32,000 nucleotides of DNA from Promethearchaeum syntrophicum (GTDB taxonomy: Archaea > Asgardarchaeota > Lokiarchaeia > Sigyniarchaeales > Promethearchaeaceae), in the NCBI RefSeq assembly GCF_008000775.2, contig NZ_CP042905.2:2130001-2162000 (forward strand). The letters are read 5' to 3'. The position numbers and the translations under genes were made by a program. Each line of letters begins with the position of its first letter. Position 1 is the stretch's first letter. Positions 15,449 through 23,772 of this stretch are shown here, piece by piece. The notes beneath the pieces are model-generated. The model was given only the letters and a program-made list of their open reading frames with translations. It searched no databases and was not told the origin of the DNA.

Positions 15449-15757
15449 TTAATAATTGGTTATTGTTCTTAGAACGATTAAAATAAGTCCTTCTTGTGGC
15501 GCAATCATTACTTCGCCTTTGTCAGTTTCAAGTCTAAGAAAGTTTAAACGACCTTCACCTAACACTTCCGCTGTTTTTTTTGCACGTGAAATTAAGCTGG
15601 TGATATACGCACTGATCTCCTCGGTTCGTTCAATCTGTTCACCTTTAAAACTACTTTGAATTGGAAGGCCTTCAGAATCACATATAATAACTGCCCGTGT
15701 TTGATCATCCATCATGAACTTATTAATAATATTTTTTATAGCTTTGCCATCTATCAT
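15449..15757 (-). CDS. Roadblock/LC7 (MglB-like) domain protein
   Basis: 102 aa with an ATG start. The sequence TRAVIICDSEGLPIQSS...EEISAYITSLISRAKKTAEVLGEGRLNFLRLETDKGEVMIAPQEGLILIVL fits the Roadblock/LC7 alpha-beta-alpha sandwich signature. Confidence 0.75.
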   Translation of the reverse strand: MIDGKAIKNIINKFMMDDQTRAVIICDSEGLPIQSSFKGEQIERTEEISAYITSLISRAKKTAEVLGEGRLNFLRLETDKGEVMIAPQEGLILIVLRTITNY

Positions 15758-15964
15758 AATATATAACTTCCTTGAAATATCCTAAGTATGTTTATTAATT
15801 GTTTTCTCACTTTTATATTTTTTATTATACGATAAACACCTTCTTCCAATTTTCAATATTGCCACGATATTACATGAATATCATGTTAATAAAATAATGT
15901 TCCTACAGTTAGAATTTATAGAGATATTTTTTATTAAATTTATAGGAATTTTACTGCTCGATTG

Positions 15965-17146
15965 ATGTGGATTATTGTGGAAAAAGGGATTCAAGAGATT
16001 AAGCCAAATTTTAATTTAGATGATAAAAATCAAAGTTTTGGTGAAAAATATGATGCGAATACAGAAAATAAAATAGTAAAACAGGAACATCAAATAACAT
16101 CGGAATTATTAAATACTAAAAATATTGATAAAAAACGGCTTGAAATCAGTAATCAAGCGAAAATTATTGGTAAAATTCAAAATCAGTCTTCAAGTTTCAC
16201 CCATAGCCCTGCTGAATTAAATGCTTTAATAAATGATGTTGAACTAAAGCGTGTTATTCATGATAATCCTTGGGAAATCAATGTTGAAAATGCTTTAGAA
16301 AATTTCAGAAAACGTATATATAATAATTCCGAAATCAAATTCAGAATTGGAGGTCGATTAATTTATTCTGCATCTAAGATAGTTCATGCAAAATCAAACT
16401 TAGTTATTAAAGAATCGAATGAAGCTCAAGAAGATTTAATAGTAAATGAACTAGATGGGGAAGAATTTGATGAACTTGATGATGATGGTGATTCTGATTA
16501 CCCAGAAGATAATTATGAAAATTCTGAATTAAGTTCAAATAATATCGCTGGAATATTGACCGCTATTTCACATCAAAAAAATAAATCGTCTAATATTGAT
16601 TTCCTGAATTCTGAAACCCTTGCTGCCTATAAAACTAATCGTGATAGGGAATTATCTTCTTCTTTCTCAACTTATCCTTTTTATTATGAAGATCGAAAAG
16701 GGCTTCGATATATTGCATCACCTGTCCGTAAAATCTATAGGAGAATTAATATAGACGATTTAGGAAAAGCCTTAATTAAAACTTTGAATTATCAAATTAG
16801 ATCATCAAATAGAAAAATATCCAATAAAAGTCTAGCATCCTCCATTTTACCAGATAATATACTAAAAAAGGCAGAAGAAGAACGAGCATTAGTAGAACTT
16901 CATATCAAAAATATGCTAAAAAGAATTAGCACAATTTTTAAAGAAAATAATCAACCCGTTTCTTTTCTATCTCTTATAATTTCTCCTGATGCTGAAGGTA
17001 TCGTGCGTACATTACTATATTTATTACAATTGGTAAATAGGAAACAAGCAGAACTCTGGCAGATCATAGATGATGACTCGATCAACGAAAATGTTGAAGA
17101 ATCTACTGGGATCGACATTTTTATAACACCTATAAAACAATGCTAA
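15965..17146 (+). CDS. scpA: kleisin, ScpA-like segregation and condensation protein A (elongated form)
   Basis: The N-terminal kleisin helix region is NPWEINVENALENFRKRI...RIGGRLIYSASKIVHAKSNLVIKE (cf. the ScpA 'PW(D/N)I...' and 'A..L...KS..L' patterns). The C-terminal WH-like end is VSFLSLIISPDAEGIVRTLLYLLQLVNRKQAELWQ. A long acidic linker, NELDGEEFDELDDDGDSDYPEDNYENSE, separates them. The ATG at 15965 lies 3 nt after the track's TTG. Confidence 0.7.
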   Translation: MWIIVEKGIQEIKPNFNLDDKNQSFGEKYDANTENKIVKQEHQITSELLNTKNIDKKRLEISNQAKIIGKIQNQSSSFTHSPAELNALINDVELKRVIHDNPWEINVENALENFRKRIYNNSEIKFRIGGRLIYSASKIVHAKSNLVIKESNEAQEDLIVNELDGEEFDELDDDGDSDYPEDNYENSELSSNNIAGILTAISHQKNKSSNIDFLNSETLAAYKTNRDRELSSSFSTYPFYYEDRKGLRYIASPVRKIYRRINIDDLGKALIKTLNYQIRSSNRKISNKSLASSILPDNILKKAEEERALVELHIKNMLKRISTIFKENNQPVSFLSLIISPDAEGIVRTLLYLLQLVNRKQAELWQIIDDDSINENVEESTGIDIFITPIKQC

Positions 17147-17167
17147 TGATTTTTAAAGATAGAAAAT

Positions 17168-19582
17168 ATGATTAATACAGAAATGGATACAACACCTCTT
17201 CCAGTAAAAATTGAATTACGACATGCATTAAGTTTACTGAAACAAGGAAAAACGTTAGATGCTTTAAAGAAATTCGAATTTTTGCAGGGTGAAATGAAAG
17301 CTCAGCAACATTCTGATTTATCTACGGTGATTTTAAATTATTCCTTAGCTTTGAACATGTTATATGACCGAAATTTAGCTGCTGCTAAAGAATCACTCTA
17401 TCATGATGATGAATTAAATACAGCAATTATTCTAGTAAATACTTTAAACCAATATGAAATTTTAAGAAATATTAGCAGTGAAAATGATCGAACCCTACAA
17501 AAAAAATCTCAAGTTTTTTCTAATTTGGAAGAGAAATGGGTATTAAAAAAATTAGGAATCATAAGAAGCACTGAAATTCAAAAAAGGCATTTCAATAGAA
17601 GATTTGAAGATATAAAGGCTGATTTTGAGTTTACATTTAGCATTTTCTTTGAAATTTTTCAACCTATCATTGAAGAAATTAATAAGAAGCAGTATAATGT
17701 CGATAGCATTAACAAGACGATCCAAATTATATACAAAGAAATTGGAAAAGAATATATTAATTTAGCAAAGAATGCAATTAAGAAAAAAAATATAATTAAT
17801 TCTATAAAGATTCTTGAAAAAAGTCGGTTAATTTTTAAGGATGACTCAAAAAATTTAAGAATCCAAGGATTTTTAAGTGATTTGCAAAGAAATATTGATG
17901 ATTTAACTGCAGAATATTATTTAAAAGCGGGAAATTATTATCGGAATAAGAATCAATTTAAAGAATCTGCTAAATTATTCAGGAAAGCTTATCATTACTA
18001 CCGCATCCAAAAAGAAGAGGATAAGCAAAAAAAATCCAAAGAAGATTATCTTAAAACATGTGTAAAATTCGGGCAATATAATTTAAAATTAGCAAATCAA
18101 TATAGTAAAAATTTAGAAACAGAAGATGCAATTTTATATTTTCAAAAAGCGATTGAAAATTTTAAGAGTATTAATGCTAAAAAAGAAGAATCATATGCGA
18201 CTGAACAGTATAACAATTTTATAATATATATGGGTGATGTTGAACTTAAAAAAGGTCAAAAAATGAATTCTGAATCATTAGATGTGCTAAATCAGCAAAT
18301 CAACCATTTTCACAATGCTCAAGATATGTATGCAAAAGCTTCAAATGAAAGAAAAATTAAGGATTGTAAATCTCTACTGATTCGTTCACTAAAACAAAAA
18401 ATGAAGATTCTGAGTAAAGAAACTCAAAAAGCACATAAAAATAAGAACTATAATTATGAATTTCTCATTTTAGAGGAATTACATTTATTGTGTTATGAAT
18501 TAGAAATGGTTTCAAAAGCACAGCAATATGCAGAAGAATTAGAAAAACTAAAACCAAAAGTCAATTTAGAACAAGTTGAAGAACTAAGAAAGACTAAATT
18601 CGACGGAATGGTAAATCTTGAGCAAAATGAAAATGGGTTATTATCTGATAAGATTAAAACCCAAATTATTTCCCCTAAAAATCCAGATTTTAAAACAGAA
18701 AAAAATGATCTACCTAATGTTTTTGGTGATGATTTAAATACAACAGTGTTAATTCGTAATAATAGAATGTCAAAAAACGTTAGTTCTGAGACCACAATAA
18801 GACAGCCAAATCATATTTTCCCCGGATCTCAATTTTCTTCTAATTTATTTCAAGAAACACTTAAAATACAAAAATTTAGCAGTATCCATAAAAAGAATGA
18901 ATATAAAGAACTTAAAAAGGTAAATCAGATTGTAAAGAAGTTTAATTCCCAAGGATTTTTAGAGGAAAACGAAATTCAAACTCTTCAAATGTATGGATTA
19001 AATCTTCCTGAGCAACTAATATACTACCATAAATATCCTAATTCAAATTACCAATTTTATGTATTGAAAACAAAATCAGAATATCCAAAAGTTCTCCTAA
19101 TACCTACAAAAAATCTGATTAAGAAAAAATCATATTTCGGTTCAATCATTGATAAAATCGACCCTTTTATTAATACTTCATCTGAAATATTAAATTCTGT
19201 GGAAATTTTAGAGAATCATATAAAATTTGCCTTAAATCATCCAAAGTGGAACCAAATAATGGAAGGTTTTCAATATTCTACATTGGATATATATTTTTCT
19301 TTCTTAAACTCTTTAAGATTGTTTTCAAAGAGTTCTACTAAATCTTCGTTAAAAGAAGTAGCGAAATTTATAAATTCCTCATTAGTTGCCGAATATTTAA
19401 ATATTCCTACCGAAAAGATGGAAAAAAGGTTAGAAGAGCTTAAATCGGTAAAATATTTTGAAGAGATTTTCAGTTGGATTGATAATATTAATAATAAATT
19501 ATTTTTTATAGGGATGTTTTATTTTGCACGAAAAAAGTATATGAAAGCTAGTATCTTATGGTGCAAACTAATGGTAAGTTGA
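17168..19582 (+). CDS. TPR-like helical-repeat protein with an unassigned C-terminal domain
   Basis: 804 aa, ATG start 21 bp after the kleisin stop. TPR-like helix pairs include AEYYLKAGNYYRNKNQFKESAKLFRKAYHYY, AILYFQKAIENFKSI and QQINHFHNAQDMYAKA. The C-terminal ~270 aa are distinct and contain a possible wHTH (SLKEVAKFINSSLVAEYLNIPTEKMEKRLEELKSVKY). A T9 terminator follows. Confidence 0.6.
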   Translation: MINTEMDTTPLPVKIELRHALSLLKQGKTLDALKKFEFLQGEMKAQQHSDLSTVILNYSLALNMLYDRNLAAAKESLYHDDELNTAIILVNTLNQYEILRNISSENDRTLQKKSQVFSNLEEKWVLKKLGIIRSTEIQKRHFNRRFEDIKADFEFTFSIFFEIFQPIIEEINKKQYNVDSINKTIQIIYKEIGKEYINLAKNAIKKKNIINSIKILEKSRLIFKDDSKNLRIQGFLSDLQRNIDDLTAEYYLKAGNYYRNKNQFKESAKLFRKAYHYYRIQKEEDKQKKSKEDYLKTCVKFGQYNLKLANQYSKNLETEDAILYFQKAIENFKSINAKKEESYATEQYNNFIIYMGDVELKKGQKMNSESLDVLNQQINHFHNAQDMYAKASNERKIKDCKSLLIRSLKQKMKILSKETQKAHKNKNYNYEFLILEELHLLCYELEMVSKAQQYAEELEKLKPKVNLEQVEELRKTKFDGMVNLEQNENGLLSDKIKTQIISPKNPDFKTEKNDLPNVFGDDLNTTVLIRNNRMSKNVSSETTIRQPNHIFPGSQFSSNLFQETLKIQKFSSIHKKNEYKELKKVNQIVKKFNSQGFLEENEIQTLQMYGLNLPEQLIYYHKYPNSNYQFYVLKTKSEYPKVLLIPTKNLIKKKSYFGSIIDKIDPFINTSSEILNSVEILENHIKFALNHPKWNQIMEGFQYSTLDIYFSFLNSLRLFSKSSTKSSLKEVAKFINSSLVAEYLNIPTEKMEKRLEELKSVKYFEEIFSWIDNINNKLFFIGMFYFARKKYMKASILWCKLMVS

Positions 19583-19584
19583 AA

Positions 19585-19593
19585 TTTTTTTTT
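19585..19593 (+). terminator. oligo-T terminator after the kleisin/TPR gene pair
   Basis: T9 begins 3 nt after the TGA stop at 19580-19582. Confidence 0.5.
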
Positions 19594-19630
19594 AATTTAT
19601 TCAAATTTAATTTGATGTTTTTCTCCTATT

Positions 19631-20488
19631 TTAAAGCTGAATTATTAATAAAATTGCACCTATTGACATGATAATCCCTCCAATTAATCTTTCTCTAATT
19701 TTTTCTTTAAAGAAAATATATGAAAAAATAATTGAGATGATTACGGACAACATAGAAAGGGGTTCAGCAAAAGTTAATTCCATTTCGGTTAAAGAAATTA
19801 ATAAAAATAAATAAGTAAATGCATTGGTTGCACTTCCAATTAAAAACTCCTTAGGACGGGATTTTAAAGTTGGAATGATGTGTTTAACTTTTTTAGTGAA
19901 TAGTAAAATGATGAATATATCAAAACTAATTAAAAAATAGAGAGCAATGCTATATTCTCCAGAATTGAATGATTCAACTAAATAAGTGTCCATTACACGG
20001 CCTATTGCCATCAAAATTGAAACTAACATCATTAATTGGCACCCTTTATTTGTGTAAACAGCTTTTAAAGAGTCTATTAATCTTGATTCTTTATTTAGGA
20101 AAATAGTTCCAAGAAAAAGCATAAAGATTCCAATCACTTTGAGAAGATTGAATGTCTCCTCTAAGAAAATTATTGAAAGTATGAGTAAAAAAAAGACATT
20201 AAAATTATAAAAAGGTACTATTAGGGATACCTCATAATTTGAAAGAACATAAATATAAATCAAAAAAGCAGCTGTATATATTGCTGCACTTGGAAACGCA
20301 TATAATAAAACACTTGAATCCCAAGAATAAAAGAATAAAATGGGAAGAAGAATAATTGTTGCTATAAAAAATAACAAAAACGTTGAAATTATTGAATTTT
20401 TTTCTTTTCCCGCTTTTTTGAAGGCAATTCGTTCATATCCTAATAATAATATTCGGCCAGTTAAAGCAGAACTTGCAATAATTCCCAT
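19631..20488 (-). CDS. EamA/DMT-superfamily transporter
   Basis: About 10 hydrophobic helices in two halves, typical of EamA-domain permeases. I prefer ATG 20488 (MGIIASSALTGRILLLGYERIAFKK); the track starts at TTG 20536. Confidence 0.6.
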   Translation of the reverse strand: MGIIASSALTGRILLLGYERIAFKKAGKEKNSIISTFLLFFIATIILLPILFFYSWDSSVLLYAFPSAAIYTAAFLIYIYVLSNYEVSLIVPFYNFNVFFLLILSIIFLEETFNLLKVIGIFMLFLGTIFLNKESRLIDSLKAVYTNKGCQLMMLVSILMAIGRVMDTYLVESFNSGEYSIALYFLISFDIFIILLFTKKVKHIIPTLKSRPKEFLIGSATNAFTYLFLLISLTEMELTFAEPLSMLSVIISIIFSYIFFKEKIRERLIGGIIMSIGAILLIIQL

Positions 20489-20545
20489 TATTCTTCCTCT
20501 TTTTTTTTTGATAAAAAAAAATATATTAAGATTCAAATTTTTCCA

Positions 20546-21586
20546 TTATAATTCTTCTATTTTATTGGATATTGCTGATTTATACATTAATTCGACAATT
20601 TTAAGAATTTTTAGACCAAATCTTCCATCAGTTTGCGCTTTTTTACCAGTTTCTATACATTCAATAAAATGTTTCATTTCTTGTGGATAACCAAATGTCC
20701 AAGCTTCATCAGGAACCGGATAAGTCCAACCGATGGTTCCTCCCGCTTTTTCAACAGAATATCCATAACCTTTCTCACTATAGGCTACGATAGGTGTCAT
20801 CCGACAAGGATCCGCGATAACTTGTCCTTTCGTTCCATAAATTTCAAACAATATACTATAACCACCTGGAGCTGTCCAAGATTCTTCAATGGAGACTTGT
20901 GCACCATTTTTAAAATATAAGATTCCCATTACATTATCTTCAACATCACATATGCCAAATTCACCTCTGTCTGGTTGAATTGTTGTGATTTGACAGAAAA
21001 CACTTTTTATTTCATCTTCTAATAACCATATCAAACAAGCAATATCATGAATTCCTAAATCGATCAAGGCACCTCCACCTGAATTTTCTTTCTTATAGAA
21101 CCAAGCACTGTGGGGTCCCGAGTGTTGCTCTTTACCTCTTGCTTTATATATTTTCCCTAATCCCCCTTCTTTGATTATTTGTTTCATTTTTTTAAAAGCG
21201 GGTGCATAAATATTATTTTCACAATAAAACACATATTTTCCTCTATTTTTTGCTGTAGAAATAATTTCTTCCCCTTCTTTAACAGTTCTTGCTAGTGGTT
21301 TTTCAATCATTACATGTTTTCCTGAATTTAATGCAGCGATAGCGACTTCTTTATGCAAATTATTTGGTATACATATACTAACAGCATCAAGATCCATTTT
21401 TAGTAAATCATTATAATTCTCTATTGGTTCTCCAAGAATATCATATTTTTTCATTAAATCCTTTGCTTGCTCTACTAGGAGCGATGATATACCAACAATC
21501 TCAACGGATGGGATTTGTTTATATGCAAAGCAGTGATAATCGGCAATAAAACCAGATCCAATTATTCCAACTTTTATTTTTTTCAT
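20546..21586 (-). CDS. Gfo/Idh/MocA-family NAD(P)-dependent (sugar) oxidoreductase
   Basis: The N-terminal Rossmann motif is KVGIIGSGFIADYH and the family EKP motif is HVMIEKPLA. The C-terminal alpha/beta domain is present. I prefer ATG 21586; the track starts at GTG 21595. Confidence 0.8.
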   Translation of the reverse strand: MKKIKVGIIGSGFIADYHCFAYKQIPSVEIVGISSLLVEQAKDLMKKYDILGEPIENYNDLLKMDLDAVSICIPNNLHKEVAIAALNSGKHVMIEKPLARTVKEGEEIISTAKNRGKYVFYCENNIYAPAFKKMKQIIKEGGLGKIYKARGKEQHSGPHSAWFYKKENSGGGALIDLGIHDIACLIWLLEDEIKSVFCQITTIQPDRGEFGICDVEDNVMGILYFKNGAQVSIEESWTAPGGYSILFEIYGTKGQVIADPCRMTPIVAYSEKGYGYSVEKAGGTIGWTYPVPDEAWTFGYPQEMKHFIECIETGKKAQTDGRFGLKILKIVELMYKSAISNKIEEL

Positions 21587-21608
21587 AATATTCACTTGAC
21601 TATTTTTG

Positions 21609-21622
21609 AAATAAATTTATTT
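21609..21622. promoter_or_regulatory. 14-bp perfect AT palindrome in the divergent oxidoreductase/aminotransferase spacer
   Basis: AAATAAATTTATTT is its own reverse complement. It is embedded in the direct repeat TTTGAAAT (21605-21612 and 21620-21627). It lies about 30 nt from ATG 21586 (minus strand) and about 38 nt from ATG 21653 (plus strand). Confidence 0.3.
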
Positions 21623-21652
21623 GAAATTTGGCCGAATATAATATGAAATTAT

Positions 21653-22864
21653 ATGAAAGATATTTCCCCGAAATTTCAGAAATGGCCAATATGGACTGAT
21701 GAGGATGTCGAAGCCGTAGCTGAAGTTGTCAGAACCGGACAATGGTGGTGTGGAGCTCCAGAAGATCATGCAGGAGAACAAGTTTGGAAATTTCAAGAGG
21801 AATTCGCACAATTTCAAGAAGTGAAACATGCTTTTGCATGCACAAATGGAACGCATGCTATAGAAATTGCACTTATGGCACTTGGGATTGGGAGTAATGA
21901 TGAAGTAATTGTGTCTGATTGGACCTTTCTTGCAAGTGGTTCTGCTGTCATCTCAGTTAACGCAGTTCCAATTTTCTGTGATATAGATCTTGATACTTTT
22001 CTAATAGATCCTAATATATTAGAATCTTTGATTACCGAAAGAACGAAAGCAATTTTATGTGTTCATTTAGGAGGAATGCCCTGTGAAATGGATAGAATAA
22101 TGGAAATTGCACGAAAATTTAATTTGAAAGTAATTGAAGATTGTGCACATGCTCATGGTAGTAAATATAAAGGAAAAATGGTTGGAACTTGGGGAGATTG
22201 TGGAACTTTTTCCTTTCAAGCAAGTAAAGTACTAACTGCTGGAGAAGGTGGTGCAATTATTTGTAATGATGATAATTTGGCAAAAAAAATATACAGTGTT
22301 TTAGATAGTGGAAGAAAATCTGGAGAATGGTTTTACGATCATTTCAGTTATGGATCTGATTTTAGATTAGGAGAAATGAATGCTGCATTATTGAGAACTC
22401 AATTAAAACGTTATCCTCAGCAGTTAAAATTAAGAAATAAAAATACAAAATTTATGCATGAAGAGCTTACAAAAATTCCCGGAGTATACCCCCAGAAAAG
22501 AGGTGAGGGAGTAGAATCTTGTGCTCAATATGTTTATCCTGTTTATTTTGATCCAAATTTCTTTGGGGGAATTGGATTTAAAAAAATGTACGAAGAACTA
22601 GAAGCTGCGGGAATCCCTACAGATGCTTGTTATCCTCCATTACACACTCTTGATTTGTTCAAAGATATCAAATTAATGCCCAATGTTGATTATAGCAAAG
22701 CTAATTGGGGTGGAGTAAAATCCAATCCTGAAAATTTCCCCAACATTGAGAAAATTTATGCAAATGCATTTGAGTTGGATCATAGAATTTTTCTTTCAAA
22801 TCAAAATGCTTTGGACTATGTGGTAGAAACTATTAAAAAAATACAGAAAAAACATAAAAAATAA
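21653..22864 (+). CDS. DegT/DnrJ/EryC1/StrS-family PLP-dependent sugar aminotransferase
   Basis: N-terminus WPIWTDEDVEAVAEVVRTGQWW, then ACTNGTHAIEIALMALG, and FSFQASKVLTAGEGGAI containing the PLP-Lys. These are typical of the family. Confidence 0.85.
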   Translation: MKDISPKFQKWPIWTDEDVEAVAEVVRTGQWWCGAPEDHAGEQVWKFQEEFAQFQEVKHAFACTNGTHAIEIALMALGIGSNDEVIVSDWTFLASGSAVISVNAVPIFCDIDLDTFLIDPNILESLITERTKAILCVHLGGMPCEMDRIMEIARKFNLKVIEDCAHAHGSKYKGKMVGTWGDCGTFSFQASKVLTAGEGGAIICNDDNLAKKIYSVLDSGRKSGEWFYDHFSYGSDFRLGEMNAALLRTQLKRYPQQLKLRNKNTKFMHEELTKIPGVYPQKRGEGVESCAQYVYPVYFDPNFFGGIGFKKMYEELEAAGIPTDACYPPLHTLDLFKDIKLMPNVDYSKANWGGVKSNPENFPNIEKIYANAFELDHRIFLSNQNALDYVVETIKKIQKKHKK

Positions 22865-22870
22865 TCGAAA

Positions 22871-22882
22871 TTTTTTTTTTTT
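22871..22882 (+). terminator. oligo-T tract between the convergent aminotransferase and deacetylase genes
   Basis: A T12 run fills almost the whole 16-bp gap between the TAA stop at 22862-22864 and the minus-strand stop at 22881-22883. Confidence 0.5.
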
Positions 22883-23696
22883 AGATAATTTCTCCTTCTG
22901 GGACTCTAATTAATCCCAAATGCTCAGGTTTTGGAAGTAATCTTCCTTCTTCACAACCTATCGCCTTATCTTTGAAGAATTTAAAAATTATTTTTGTAAT
23001 GCCTTTTGGTAAATGGTCTTCATTGTCAAATAACACTATTCGATATCCTTCTTGTTTTTTCAATATCCCCTTTTTTAATCTTGAAGGTAATTGTAAGAAA
23101 GTGGGAAAAAAATTAAGTAGTTTGATTTCAAATGAGTTCCACTGGCTTAAATGTGCCCTTCTTACTTTTTTAACCTTTCTTTTATCACTTATATTAATTG
23201 GAATGAAAAAATCCGGGCTCAAAGTTTGAAAAAAAAGCATTCTTTTTGGTCTTTGATTTGGGTTCATCCCTTTTAGGGCAAAATAATAGTTTCTTCCAAC
23301 AGCCATATGATCGACATGTCCATCCATATAAATGAAAGGATCTGGACCGATAATAACATCAGGATTCAATTTTAAGATAAATTTCATTAGTCTGTTTATT
23401 GCCTCTTTGTTGTATGGAACATATCCATCAATATAATTCATCCAATGTAATTTAACATGAGCAATCCCTTTTTGATTAACTCCATAAGACTCTGCAGCTT
23501 TTACCATTTCGGATCTTCTGATTCGCTGGATTCTTTTCCCTTTAAATTCTGCTCTAGGTGTTCCATATTCATCACAAGTTGCTAGAACTTGATGAACCCT
23601 CCAACCATATTTAACTGCTTGAATGCACAAATTTGCACAAAATGCTTCTCCATCGTCAGGGTGAGGATTGACAAATAAAATCTTGGGTTTTTTCAC
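22881..23696 (-). CDS. PIG-L/LmbE-family N-acetylglucosaminyl deacetylase
   Basis: ILFVNPHPDDGE (the family's (A/P)HPDD(E/G) zinc-site motif) and a downstream HVDH. The start is GTG at 23696; there is no in-frame ATG upstream of the motif. Confidence 0.75.
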   Translation of the reverse strand: MKKPKILFVNPHPDDGEAFCANLCIQAVKYGWRVHQVLATCDEYGTPRAEFKGKRIQRIRRSEMVKAAESYGVNQKGIAHVKLHWMNYIDGYVPYNKEAINRLMKFILKLNPDVIIGPDPFIYMDGHVDHMAVGRNYYFALKGMNPNQRPKRMLFFQTLSPDFFIPINISDKRKVKKVRRAHLSQWNSFEIKLLNFFPTFLQLPSRLKKGILKKQEGYRIVLFDNEDHLPKGITKIIFKFFKDKAIGCEEGRLLPKPEHLGLIRVPEGEII

Positions 23697-23733
23697 AATT
23701 ATAATATTATTTTTGATAACTAAAATAAGTTAG

Positions 23734-23772
23734 AAAAAAAAGCAATCTTAATCGATATATTTCAAAAAAAAA
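23734..23772 (-). terminator. oligo-T terminator (minus sense) at the end of the cobA-to-aor array
   Basis: The plus strand has A9 (23764-23772) abutting the aor stop codon and A8 (23734-23741). Read on the minus strand these are T9 and T8. Confidence 0.5.

Noticed and set aside
15456-15659. 67-aa plus-strand ORF antisense to the second Roadblock gene. ORF 18493-18795 (-) inside the TPR gene is of the same kind.
   Set aside because: These are shadow ORFs inside genes that have recognisable domain signatures.
20340-21856. ORFs 20340-20690 (+), 20633-20920 (+) and 21617-21856 (-), which overlap the transporter, oxidoreductase and aminotransferase genes.
   Set aside because: All are antisense to genes with strong family motifs, and 21617-21856 would run through the divergent promoter. 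ORFs 22972-23229 (+), 27564-27776 (+) and 28916-29101 (-) are rejected for the same reason.
22881-23696. The PIG-L homologue as evidence for a eukaryote-like GPI-anchor pathway.
   Set aside because: The PIG-L/LmbE fold is widespread in bacteria and archaea, where it has many different substrates. No other GPI-pathway genes are present in the window.
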